A stretch of DNA of 64,000 nt from Promethearchaeota archaeon (GTDB lineage Archaea > Asgardarchaeota > Lokiarchaeia > Sigyniarchaeales > SOKP01): contig JAHLWS010000070.1 in assembly GCA_019057795.1 (NCBI GenBank), positions 128,001 to 192,000 on the forward strand, in the 5' to 3' direction. Both the position numbers and the translations under genes were made by a program. The number at the start of each line of letters is the position of its first letter. The first letter of the stretch is position 1. Below the pieces are notes generated by a model, which had not been told where the DNA came from, did not search any database, and worked only from the letters and a program-made list of their open reading frames with translations. Positions 30,258-42,539 of this stretch are shown here, piece after piece.

Positions 30258-31289
30258 ATGAAGAATGTAAGCGTTCAAATTGTAGAAATGTTGTTCGAAA
30301 ATCCGTTAGAAATTTTGGAATTTGAAAAACCTCAATCTCACGGTAATATGACAATTATCCCGATTATCTATAAGGGTAAAACCTTAGAATTTATTAGTGT
30401 ACAAGAAGCCGAAGAACTTGGCTTAATAAGTATAAATGAAACAGATACGGTTAGCCAATTGGAAGTTATAAACAATAGCGATAAACAAGTCTTAATCCCT
30501 TTTGGTGTAACCGTTCACGGTGGAAAACAAGATAGAACTATATGGGAACCGATCCTTTTGGCAGCAGGAGGAAAACAAAATATTTCTGGTACCAATAAAG
30601 GAGCACTGGAACAAAAATACACGATCCCAGCGAAATGCGTAGAACAATCGAGATGGAACTATCGCAAGGGAAAAGGGTTTAAATCTTCCAGTACAAGGCT
30701 ACATCCCAATGTTGCTTACGAAGCCATATCTTCTGCGGGTCAAGGCTCAGTTTGGAACGAAATCCAAGCTTATAGAACAGAAATGATATACAACAGTAAT
30801 ATTGCCCCAACTCAGAGTTACCTAGAAATGACCGAGAATATTGAAAAAGAAACGGAAAAAATTGTAAAATCGTTTAAAAATCTAGAAGATCAGTGCGGTA
30901 TAGCTACTTTTATCAATGGCGAGTTTATAGGTATAGAATTTTACGCAAACGCACAAGTATGGGAAGCAATGAGTAAAGATATCCTGAAAGCGTTTACCAT
31001 CGAATCGTTGAGATTTAAAGATAAACCCTTTAATAAGAAATCAGAAATAAATAAGGCGCAATTGATTACGGCTTTGCAGAGTTTAAAATTAAAATTCACT
31101 ACAAGAAAGGGCATTGGTCTTGGCGAAGTGGTCGAATTTGAATCGCAAGATAAAAAATGGCGAGGCAATACTCTTGTGCACGAGAACTCGTTAGTTCAGT
31201 TTTATATCGTGTCGAAAAGAGGAGGAAGCAGCAGTTCTGATAGGCAAGAACAACTTTTTCAAACAAATATAAGCCAAAGATATATATAA
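30258..31289 (+). CDS. ARPP-1 (DUF6569)-like protein
   Basis: V..LEV.N, GGKQDR, CVEQSRW, QGSVWNEI, Q.G.A.FINGE..GIE. Confidence 0.7.
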   Translation: MKNVSVQIVEMLFENPLEILEFEKPQSHGNMTIIPIIYKGKTLEFISVQEAEELGLISINETDTVSQLEVINNSDKQVLIPFGVTVHGGKQDRTIWEPILLAAGGKQNISGTNKGALEQKYTIPAKCVEQSRWNYRKGKGFKSSSTRLHPNVAYEAISSAGQGSVWNEIQAYRTEMIYNSNIAPTQSYLEMTENIEKETEKIVKSFKNLEDQCGIATFINGEFIGIEFYANAQVWEAMSKDILKAFTIESLRFKDKPFNKKSEINKAQLITALQSLKLKFTTRKGIGLGEVVEFESQDKKWRGNTLVHENSLVQFYIVSKRGGSSSSDRQEQLFQTNISQRYI

Positions 31290-31468
31290 TATCCTAAAAG
31301 TAAGCATTAGATGTATTGAAACACAATATTTCAATTTTAATTATTTTTTTTATTTTTCTTCTCATTTTTCACTCTACAAATTTGTAAAAACTTAAATAGA
31401 ATCTGATAAAATTATAAATTACTACGAAATCTAAAAGTAAAAATTGAAAGAATAAGGAGGTATAGAGC

Positions 31469-31792
31469 ATGCCATATATTATTGTACAAATTTGGTATCC
31501 TACTGACATAAATACTGAGGTTACCGAAAAATTTTTAGAAGTTGTAAAAGAATTTCCCTTTGATAGATCACTTGGTAAAGAAACGATAACAGTTGCTTCA
31601 AATACTAATAAAAATGGAACAGAAGTTATGAGCGTAATGGAAGTTAAACAAGGGAAATTAGAAGAAGCTTGGGCTTGGGGCCGTAATAGAATGGGGCCTT
31701 TCCAGAGCATTAAAGGATTAGAATATGATATGAGGCTCTGGACAACGCTAGCTGAAGCCTTCGAGGGAAGTGAGTATTCTCTTCCAGAGTAA
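31469..31792 (+). CDS. Small hypothetical alpha/beta protein (paralog of 31995..32324)
   Basis: SD AAGGAGGT; MPY..., FPFDRSLG, GKLEEA, IKGLEY..W..EAF. Confidence 0.75.
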   Translation: MPYIIVQIWYPTDINTEVTEKFLEVVKEFPFDRSLGKETITVASNTNKNGTEVMSVMEVKQGKLEEAWAWGRNRMGPFQSIKGLEYDMRLWTTLAEAFEGSEYSLPE

Positions 31793-31850
31793 GTTAAACA
31801 AAATTATTTCTTTTTTTTTTTTAATTCTATTTATTAAAAAAGTGTTAACT

Positions 31851-31927
31851 TTATAATCCGGAACACAACCCCCAACCTAATTACTTATCATCTCGCTTCT
31901 TAACTCTCAATTTCCCTAAAGGAAACT
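31851..31927. repeat. Degenerate copy of the 23S 3' trailer segment (32500..32567)
   Basis: Colinear blocks TTATAA, TCC.GAACA, ACCCCC, TAATTA, TCATCTC, CTCTCAATTTC, GAAACTA in both places. Confidence 0.6.
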
Positions 31928-31994
31928 AGGAATTTTTTCTTGTAAAATGAAAAAAAAGAAGGTATAATTTGAAATTTGCTAAGTAGTCTTGCGT

Positions 31995-32324
31995 CTATTC
32001 CGGTGGTTTTTGTCCTATCGACGAATAAGCCTCGTCTATATTGGACCAAACCTCTATTGTATATTCAAATCCTTCAATGGAGAGAGCAAAAAAATTTCCT
32101 ATCGCTTGTGAACGGAGATATGCTTCTTCAAGTCTTCCTTTGCTTACTTTCAATACAGATATGGTTTTTACACCCTCTTCAGTTGCTTTAATAGCATTTC
32201 CAGGTATAAGACCTTCTCCTAACGACTCGTCTGGAGGGAATTTTTTATTTGATTCGATACCTTTTTTTACAACTTCAGCTGTTTTGTCGCTCGGCCATTT
32301 CGTGAAACTAATTAAATATGGCAT
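31995..32324 (-). CDS. Small hypothetical alpha/beta protein (paralog of 31469..31792)
   Basis: SD GAGGTG; MPY..., FPPDESLG, GRLEEA, IEGFEY..W..EAY. Confidence 0.75.
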   Translation of the reverse strand: MPYLISFTKWPSDKTAEVVKKGIESNKKFPPDESLGEGLIPGNAIKATEEGVKTISVLKVSKGRLEEAYLRSQAIGNFFALSIEGFEYTIEVWSNIDEAYSSIGQKPPE

Positions 32325-32506
32325 ATTTTTCACCTCTATTTTAATTTTTAATTTAAATGTGTTTTTGAGCTGGTTTTTAAATTAGATTTCGATGTGATGA
32401 ATAACTAGTCTAGTAGGTATTTAAATCTTGCACGTTTTTGTCAGAAAATGATAATTATTTGGAATTTTAAAAAATAAATATAAAAAATAAAAATAGGAGT
32501 TATAAA

Positions 32507-32620
32507 CTCCAGAACATACCCCCTCTACAATATAATTAACTCATCTCACCTCTCAATTTCGAAACTAATTATAGTCTAACATTCTACACAAATCTCACTC
32601 ACTCTAAGCCTGAACCTTGA
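32507..32620 (-). other. 3' strand of the 23S pre-rRNA processing stem with BHB half-site
   Basis: Complementary to 35975-36097; BHB half CAG-GCTT-AGA-GTG (32600-32612). Confidence 0.8.
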
Positions 32621-32635
32621 GCTCCTCTTTCGAAT

Positions 32636-35964
<3,329 letters not shown>

Positions 35965-35974
35965 GTCTACTTAA

Positions 35975-36097
35975 GGAAAGATTCAGATTGCTTGTGAAAA
36001 GACTTGTGTATTCAGAGACTATAAATATTTGAAAATTGAAATTTAAATTTTATTGAGACGAAAATATTCTATATTATATCTATGGGGAGTATGTTCT
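35975..36097 (-). other. 5' strand of the 23S pre-rRNA processing stem with BHB half-site
   Basis: BHB half CAC-AAGC-AAT-CTG (35984-35996) pairs with trailer; AGAACATACTCCCC pairs with GGGGGTATGTTCT. Confidence 0.8.
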
Positions 36098-36110
36098 TAT
36101 GAGCACGTTT

Positions 36111-36176
36111 TTCGTTTTTTTTCGTTTCAGTTCGTTTTTTTTCGTTTCAGTTCGTTTTTGTTCGTTTCGTGTTCGT
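36111..36176. repeat. 10-nt-periodic TTCGTTT repeat in rRNA leader
   Basis: TTCGTTT starts at 36111, 36121, 36131, 36141, 36151, 36161. Confidence 0.9.
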
Positions 36177-36180
36177 GCTT

Positions 36181-36348
36181 GGTCCGGAGCCCTTAAACAA
36201 CCGAGGAATTGGTCGTTTTAGGCACTCATTTCCTGTAGCATCAGGCATATTGACCGAAGTCACTTCTGATTAACTTCCATGAGGCCGGTACCTGTTATTG
36301 ATGGTATTTCATCGATTTTCGATGAGATAATTTTCTCAGCCAATAACG
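36181..36348 (-). ncRNA. Structured 5' leader (ETS-like) of the 23S transcript
   Basis: Closing GGT.CCGG/CCGGACC, CTCAT/ATGAG, ATCAG/CTGAT, TGAC-TTCG-GTCA tetraloop hairpin, GTTATTG/CAATAAC. Confidence 0.55.
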
Positions 36349-36552
36349 CGACGATGTTAATAGGGATAAATTTAGATCACAAATTAAAAATCCATCGACG
36401 AAATATTAGAGTAATTTCTTGATTAAAAATTTTATGGTCGGGATTGATAAACTTTAAAAGGAAGGAGCGGTCTTTCATTTGACTAATAATAAGATCGTAA
36501 TGGATAAATAAGCAGAAGTTTAATAATTTTTTTAACGATAGTTATATTGGAA

Positions 36553-36582
36553 AAATCATAAATCATAAATCATAAATCATAA
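36553..36582. repeat. Tandem repeat (AAATCAT)x4
   Basis: Read directly from sequence. Confidence 0.9.
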
Positions 36583-36731
36583 TAAAATAAAATTCAAAAA
36601 TGAATAAAGAAATTAAAAATTCAGTTAAGGGCTCTTTTAAAAGAAATGAGTAATATTAAAGGGGTTGTCTAAAATATATTAAAAATCTGAGTATCTGACT
36701 AATAATAATCAATATTTTTGTTTTATTAATA

Positions 36732-37628
36732 ATGGAAAAAATGGAAAAAATGGAAATAATGGACAAGAAGATTTTGATAGGAACTTCGGGATGGGGGTAT
36801 GATGAGTGGGTAGGGCCATTTTATCCTAAGAGTTTGAAAAAGGAGGATTATCTTTCATATTATTCGGAAATATTTTACACAAACGAAATAAATACTACTT
36901 TTTACAACATTCCTTCGAAATTAGTGGTAACTCGCTGGAGAGACAAGACTCCCTCAGATTTCTTGTTTACGGCGAAGCTTCACAGAAAGATTACTCACGA
37001 ACATAAGTTAGATATTAGTTTATGTTTAAACGATTTGAATTATTTTTTAGAAGCGATGAGTCCTTTATTAGAATCCAAAAAGTTATTAGGGTTTTTAATA
37101 CAGTTACCTCCTTCCTTTAATAAAGAGGAGCATTACGATAATTTAAAAGATTTTATTGAAAATTGGCCGGGTAATCCAGAACAAGAAGGTTATAATTTGA
37201 TTATAGAATTTAGGCACGAATCTTGGATGGATGACGATGTTTTTAAGTATTTAAAAAGAAATTCGCTTACATATTGTGCCGTTATTGAGCCATTATTGCC
37301 TCCTAGAATGGACGTTACAAATCCAAAATTTGCGTATATTAGGTTTCATGGTTATGGGCAAAATATTTGGTTTAATTATTATTTCAAAGAAGAGGAGATT
37401 AAAAAATGGGCAATTTCAATAAGAGATGTAGTTCAAAAAGCCGATAGAGTAGGGATATATTTTAATAATCATTTTTCGGGATATGCTACTAAAAATTCTT
37501 TAATGATGATGCGAGAGTTAAATCTAAATCCCAGAAAAGAACCTAAACAAGTTAGAATATTAGATATAAAGAAAAAATCTGGTACTTATTCAAGAGGACA
37601 AACAGGTTTAGATAAATTTTTAAATTAA
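36732..37628 (+). CDS. DUF72-family protein
   Basis: IGTSGW.Y..W.G.FYP, EINTTFY, QLPPSF, EFRHESW, YIRFHG, YFNNH. Confidence 0.92.
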   Translation: MEKMEKMEIMDKKILIGTSGWGYDEWVGPFYPKSLKKEDYLSYYSEIFYTNEINTTFYNIPSKLVVTRWRDKTPSDFLFTAKLHRKITHEHKLDISLCLNDLNYFLEAMSPLLESKKLLGFLIQLPPSFNKEEHYDNLKDFIENWPGNPEQEGYNLIIEFRHESWMDDDVFKYLKRNSLTYCAVIEPLLPPRMDVTNPKFAYIRFHGYGQNIWFNYYFKEEEIKKWAISIRDVVQKADRVGIYFNNHFSGYATKNSLMMMRELNLNPRKEPKQVRILDIKKKSGTYSRGQTGLDKFLN

Positions 37629-37680
37629 AACACAAATTTAACTTGTTAGTAAGCATAATAGATTCTGTTGCTAAAAGAGG

Positions 37681-38715
37681 TTGGTTAAATTGAAAAAATT
37701 GAATCACAACTTATTAAGAATTGGTTTCATTGGTCCAGGAGCTATTGGTAGTTTATTCGGAGGATGTCTTGCTTCTGTTCATACTGATGCTAACCCATTA
37801 GAGATTATTTTTTTTTGTAGAAGGGGTCATGCTAAGGTAATAAATAAGCGTGGAATAAAGATATACAGCGATAAATGTAATAAAACGCTAACTAATATTA
37901 AAGCTTTCGAGAATGCTGAGGATTTTACTGAAATATCTATAAATGACAAGAAATACAAATTAGATTATTTATTTTTAACGACTAAAACATACGACAGCGA
38001 GAGAGCGATGATTCAATATAAAGAATTGATTAATTCGAGTAATTGGTTAATAATTCTACAGAATGGTATAGGTAACGAGGAATTAGTGAAGAAATATTGC
38101 GATGAAAATAAAATTATAAGAATAATTACTTCGCATGGTGCATTACTGAAAGAATATGGTCATGTGTATCATACAGGCGTAGGATTTACAAATATGGGGT
38201 TTGTCTATTTAAAACCCCCAGAACAAAATCATAGTCGTAATAAGAGCGGTTATATAAAATTAAACATGTTAAAAAATCGTCTAGACGCGGGAGGTTTAGA
38301 AACTGAAATTGTTGACGATATTATTAAGCACACTTGGGAAAAGGCATTTGTAAACATTGGAATTAACGCGTTAGGGGCGTTAACTCGTTTAAATAATGGA
38401 AATCTTTTAGAGAATGAAAAAATGAAACAATTAATGAGTGCCGCGGTTAAAGAGGCGTTAGAAGTAGCTAAGTTAAAATGCATCGAACTTTCAGATAGGG
38501 ATTATGTTAGGTTAATGTATTCTGTTGCCGAAAAAACATGTAATAACAAAAATTCAATGCTACAAGACATATTAAAAGGAAATCTTACAGAAATTGACTT
38601 TCTTAATGGTAGAATTGTAAGTTTAGCAAAAGAAGTAGGAATAAAAGTCCCGATAAATGAAATGCTCACTTTTTTAATAAAAGGATTAGAGGAATCTTTT
38701 AGACAAGAAAATTAG
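37681..38715 (+). CDS. panE: 2-dehydropantoate 2-reductase
   Basis: GPGAIG, TKTYD, LQNGIG, WEK..VN..IN, SMLQD...TEIDFLNG. Confidence 0.92.
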   Translation: MVKLKKLNHNLLRIGFIGPGAIGSLFGGCLASVHTDANPLEIIFFCRRGHAKVINKRGIKIYSDKCNKTLTNIKAFENAEDFTEISINDKKYKLDYLFLTTKTYDSERAMIQYKELINSSNWLIILQNGIGNEELVKKYCDENKIIRIITSHGALLKEYGHVYHTGVGFTNMGFVYLKPPEQNHSRNKSGYIKLNMLKNRLDAGGLETEIVDDIIKHTWEKAFVNIGINALGALTRLNNGNLLENEKMKQLMSAAVKEALEVAKLKCIELSDRDYVRLMYSVAEKTCNNKNSMLQDILKGNLTEIDFLNGRIVSLAKEVGIKVPINEMLTFLIKGLEESFRQEN

Positions 38716-39236
38716 GCTTTTAGGGTCATATAGTAGGCATTCTCCCCATCTCGATAATATTTCTCTTTTATGTTATGGGCGATAAAATTAAATTTTTTGT
38801 ATAAATTAATAGCAATATAATTACTCACTCTTACTTCTAGGACAAACTTGTCTACTTTATATTTGTTTAATTTTTTCATAGAGTTTGATAACAAAATTGC
38901 TGCTATACCTGACCTCCTATAGCTCGTTAAAACTGCTATTGAGACCAAATGTCCTTTATTCATCAATTTCAAACTATTTATCGCGGGAGCTCGTTCAACC
39001 CTCCACATTATATATCCAATAATTTTTCCATTGCTATTACAAGCAACTTGAAAGGATTCTGGATAATTATCTAATATGCTTTTGTAAAAAAAATAAGGAT
39101 AATCTTCGGGTAATTCTTTTTCGTTTACTTCGATAACGCCTTCTAAGTCTTCTAAGGAGCAATTTCTTACAACGATTGGTTTTTTATCATTGAAAATATT
39201 GAAGTAATTAGTCCGCGTATCTTTTTCTGTACCCAT
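38712..39236 (-). CDS. N-terminal acetyltransferase (Ard1/RimI-like GNAT)
   Basis: LPEDYP, GHLVSIAV..YRRSGIA, LEVRVSN..AI.LY, YYRDGENAY. Confidence 0.9.
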   Translation of the reverse strand: MGTEKDTRTNYFNIFNDKKPIVVRNCSLEDLEGVIEVNEKELPEDYPYFFYKSILDNYPESFQVACNSNGKIIGYIMWRVERAPAINSLKLMNKGHLVSIAVLTSYRRSGIAAILLSNSMKKLNKYKVDKFVLEVRVSNYIAINLYKKFNFIAHNIKEKYYRDGENAYYMTLKA

Positions 39237-39341
39237 AGTTGTATGAGCTCAAATTATAGTTCTTGATATTTAAAATTATAGCTATATAAAATATTATTTT
39301 AGAACTTTTTAAGTTTTTTTAAATAATAAAAAGGTTTAAAT

Positions 39342-40139
39342 TCAATTTTTTACAATTTTGAAAGCAACTTTTTTTTGTCTTTTAACATATCGAATTATAG
39401 TTTCTAAAGATAAAAGAATGTTTTTTCTGTTATTAAAATTATCAATAATGCTTTGCAATTCTTTCTTATCAATTTGTTTTAATTTTTTAGCGATCTCAAT
39501 CATTACAGGTAATGTTCTGACAATATTATCTACAATCGTAATATCTGCCCATATTGAAGTTCTACTAATTGGATTTAAATCAACTGCGATTACTTTTTTT
39601 CCGATCCTTTTTAATGCTTCTGTTCGGTCTCCATCTTCTAAAGGGACAATAATTACATCAGAATTTTGAATTGATTCTACCAACCTTCTATTACTATCCA
39701 ATCCTTCAATTTCGACTATTTTTTCATCATTAATACCTCGAATATCAATAGCTCCTGCCTTTTCTAATACATTCTTAATAGCCTTGATTCGTCCTGTTTT
39801 CCTATAAAATAAATTTATTTCGAGTGGAGCATTTATCACATTCGAAAGTTTAACGAGTTCATGAGGTACTAGTGCCGCAACATTGCCATTAACGCTAATC
39901 ACTGGCTTTTTAGCAAGCAGAAGCATTGCTACTGCAGCTTTAATGGCTCTCTTAGCAGCTTCATTTGTTTTTTCACCTAAAATGTAATCAAAACATTCAC
40001 CTCTCCCATGAGCTATTAAACCTGCCTCAGCTACAACTAGTTTTTTCATCCCTTCTATAATTCTATGACGATATTTTAAGCTCTCATACCGGGGATGAGT
40101 TTTAGGAACATCAGAATTATTATTTTTATTGGTAACCAT
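39342..40139 (-). CDS. pps: 4-phosphopantoate--beta-alanine ligase (phosphopantothenate synthetase)
   Basis: HPRYESL, GLIAHGRGECFDY, SVNGN, VPLEDGDR, DLNPISRT. Confidence 0.94.
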   Translation of the reverse strand: MVTNKNNNSDVPKTHPRYESLKYRHRIIEGMKKLVVAEAGLIAHGRGECFDYILGEKTNEAAKRAIKAAVAMLLLAKKPVISVNGNVAALVPHELVKLSNVINAPLEINLFYRKTGRIKAIKNVLEKAGAIDIRGINDEKIVEIEGLDSNRRLVESIQNSDVIIVPLEDGDRTEALKRIGKKVIAVDLNPISRTSIWADITIVDNIVRTLPVMIEIAKKLKQIDKKELQSIIDNFNNRKNILLSLETIIRYVKRQKKVAFKIVKN

Positions 40140-40233
40140 AAAACAACAATTATTATTACATAGGCCTTTATATAGGTTGAAATGGAAGAAAAATTATTAA
40201 TCTTTTGTTAATTTTATCTCATTGTTGTTGATT

Positions 40234-41508
40234 ATGGCTCCAGTAGAACATAAAAAAAGCGAGGATTTAAAAGTTTACAAGATAAAAAAGCTTTTAGACA
40301 AGCTTAAATCTAAAAAAGGTTTTCATACAGAGCTGATATCTTTATATATACCTCATGATCGAAAACTTTCGGATGTTACCAATTATTTAAAGAACGAAGT
40401 AAGCGAAAGCCAAAACATTAAATCAAAATTAACTCGTAAAAATGTATTAGATGGAATTTCAACACTTATAGGGATGTTGAAGAATTATAAAGAAGTTCCA
40501 GGGAATGGATTAGTTATGTTTGCTGGAGCAATCCCTCAAAACAATACTCCTGGTACAGAAAAAATGGAAAGATATATCGTAGATCCCCCAGAAAAGGCAA
40601 AAACATTTAGATACCACTGTGCGAGCGAATTTTTACTATGGCCATTAGAGGACATGCTCAAATCAAAGGAAACTTATGGATTGCTTGTTATCGGCCGAAA
40701 GGAATCAGCAGTTGGGTATATCACGGGAAATCATGTAGAAATTGTGAGAGAATTTACCTCTGGGATTCATGGAAAGCATAAAGCTGGTGGTCAATCGCAG
40801 AAAAGATTTGAAAGATTGATTGAAGAGGGAGAAAAGAGGTTTTATAGAAGAATATCTGAAGAAGTTAACGAATTATTTTTAAAAATAGAGGATTTACAAG
40901 GAATTTTTATTGGAGGGCCTGGTCCTTCTAAAGAAAAGTTTGTAAACGATGAAAGTTTAGATTATCGATTACGAGATAAAATTTTAGACGTTGTAGACCT
41001 TGGTTATGGGGGAACTGAGGGAATTCGCGCTTTGATTGAAAAGATTAAAAAAAAAATATCAAACGTAAAATTCATTCGGGAAAAAGAAGTTGTCCAAGGA
41101 TTTTTAAAGGAGGTATCAAATGAATCGGGTTTAGCTGCTTACGGTCTTAAAGAAGTAGAAAAAGCTTTAACTATGGGTGCTGTGAAAAAATTAATTCTTT
41201 CTGAAAAATTAGATATTTATCAATTAAAAATTGAATGTTCGAATTGTGGCCATAAAGAATCTCGTATTGCAAGGGAGTTAGAATTGAACAAAGTAGAATT
41301 ATCCATCCAAGAAGAAAGTTGTCCAAAATGTAGTTCAAGCACATACAACCTTGTAAACACGGTATCTATAATTGAAGAGCTGGGTTCCATAGCAGAAACT
41401 ATGAACACTGATGTGGTACTTATTTCTCCAGAAACAGAAGAGGGAGAAATGTTATATAGTACTTTCGGAGGAATTGTTGCAATTCTTCGTTTCAAACTTA
41501 CTTATTAG
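40234..41508 (+). CDS. prf1: Peptide chain release factor aRF1
   Basis: TELISLYIP, NIKS, YHC, GGQS, FGGIVAILRF; Zn-ribbon insert in domain 3. Confidence 0.97.
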   Translation: MAPVEHKKSEDLKVYKIKKLLDKLKSKKGFHTELISLYIPHDRKLSDVTNYLKNEVSESQNIKSKLTRKNVLDGISTLIGMLKNYKEVPGNGLVMFAGAIPQNNTPGTEKMERYIVDPPEKAKTFRYHCASEFLLWPLEDMLKSKETYGLLVIGRKESAVGYITGNHVEIVREFTSGIHGKHKAGGQSQKRFERLIEEGEKRFYRRISEEVNELFLKIEDLQGIFIGGPGPSKEKFVNDESLDYRLRDKILDVVDLGYGGTEGIRALIEKIKKKISNVKFIREKEVVQGFLKEVSNESGLAAYGLKEVEKALTMGAVKKLILSEKLDIYQLKIECSNCGHKESRIARELELNKVELSIQEESCPKCSSSTYNLVNTVSIIEELGSIAETMNTDVVLISPETEEGEMLYSTFGGIVAILRFKLTY

Positions 41509-41553
41509 TATAAAACCCATAACTCTTAATTCAAAAAAAAAGGGTTGATTAGT

Positions 41554-42537
41554 ATGGAATTAAAAGAAATGTTATTAAATTTAAAAATAATCATGTTTGG
41601 TGGTAAAGGAGGCGTAGGTAAAACAACTTGTGCCTCAAGTTCAGCAATCTGGGCAGCAGAGCATGGTAGAAATACCTTAATTATTAGTACAGATCCTGCA
41701 CATTCACTAGGAGATAGTTTAGGAATCAATCTTCCTCCAGGTGAGCCGACACCTATACCCGGAATAAATAATTTGACTGCCTTAGAAATCGATCCAAAAA
41801 AAAACTTGGCAGAATATAAAGGTTTAACGAGTGTAAATCCCATGGAAGGGATGAAAATGCCTGGTTTAATGGAAGGTATTCCAATGATGGAGGATTTGCA
41901 AGATTTGACTTCGATGAATCCACCAGGTATCGATGAAGCTTTCGCATTATTAAAAGTATTAGAAATTATAGAGACAGAACATGACTATGATTTAGTTATA
42001 TTTGATACAGCCCCAACAGGACATACTCTTAGGTTTTTAAGCCTTCCAGAAACGCTATCGGGGTGGATAGGTAAACTACTGAAAATGAGATTAAAACTTG
42101 GAAGCATAATGGGTCTAATGAAAAGTTTATTTTCTAGTAATGAAAAAGAAAAAGATAACTCTTTAGAAGTTTTAGAAAGATTAAAAAACTCTATCATTAA
42201 TGCGCGAGAGGATCTCACAAATCCTCTGAAAAATTCTTTTGTTGTTGTGATGATACCGGAAGAGATGGCTATTTCAGAAACAGGTCGCCTTTTAAACGAA
42301 TTATATAAATATAAAATTCCTGTTTCAAACATTATAATCAACCAGTTATATCAAGCTGAAGAAGAATTATGTGATTTTTGCAAAGCTCGACGAAACATGC
42401 AACACCGTAATTTATTAAACATTTATAAAATTTTTAAAGAAAAATTGGGAAAGAATTTGATTGAAGTTCCTCTTTTTAGAGAAGAAATTAGAGAATATAA
42501 CAGATTAAAGGAATTTAGCGAATATCTTATCAAATAA
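41554..42537 (+). CDS. Get3/TRC40 (ArsA-family) ATPase
   Basis: GGKGGVGKTT, STDPAHS, PGIDEA, DTAPTGHTLRFL, CDFC dimer motif; single ATPase domain. Confidence 0.9.
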   Translation: MELKEMLLNLKIIMFGGKGGVGKTTCASSSAIWAAEHGRNTLIISTDPAHSLGDSLGINLPPGEPTPIPGINNLTALEIDPKKNLAEYKGLTSVNPMEGMKMPGLMEGIPMMEDLQDLTSMNPPGIDEAFALLKVLEIIETEHDYDLVIFDTAPTGHTLRFLSLPETLSGWIGKLLKMRLKLGSIMGLMKSLFSSNEKEKDNSLEVLERLKNSIINAREDLTNPLKNSFVVVMIPEEMAISETGRLLNELYKYKIPVSNIIINQLYQAEEELCDFCKARRNMQHRNLLNIYKIFKEKLGKNLIEVPLFREEIREYNRLKEFSEYLIK

Positions 42538-42539
42538 AT

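Noticed and set aside
28800-32500. Integrated mobile element beside the rRNA gene
   Set aside because: Accessory-looking genes, but no integrase, transposase or terminal repeats; only the degenerate trailer duplicate
36111-36176. CRISPR array
   Set aside because: Units are 10 nt with no unique spacers, and there are no cas genes
36000-36730. 16S, 5S or spacer tRNA-Ala next to 23S
   Set aside because: No diagnostic motifs and too little space; none downstream either
36732-36763. ATGGAAAAA repeat giving MEKMEKMEIM at the DUF72 start
   Set aside because: In-frame 9-nt slippage repeat; makes the start ambiguous but gives no evidence of phase variation
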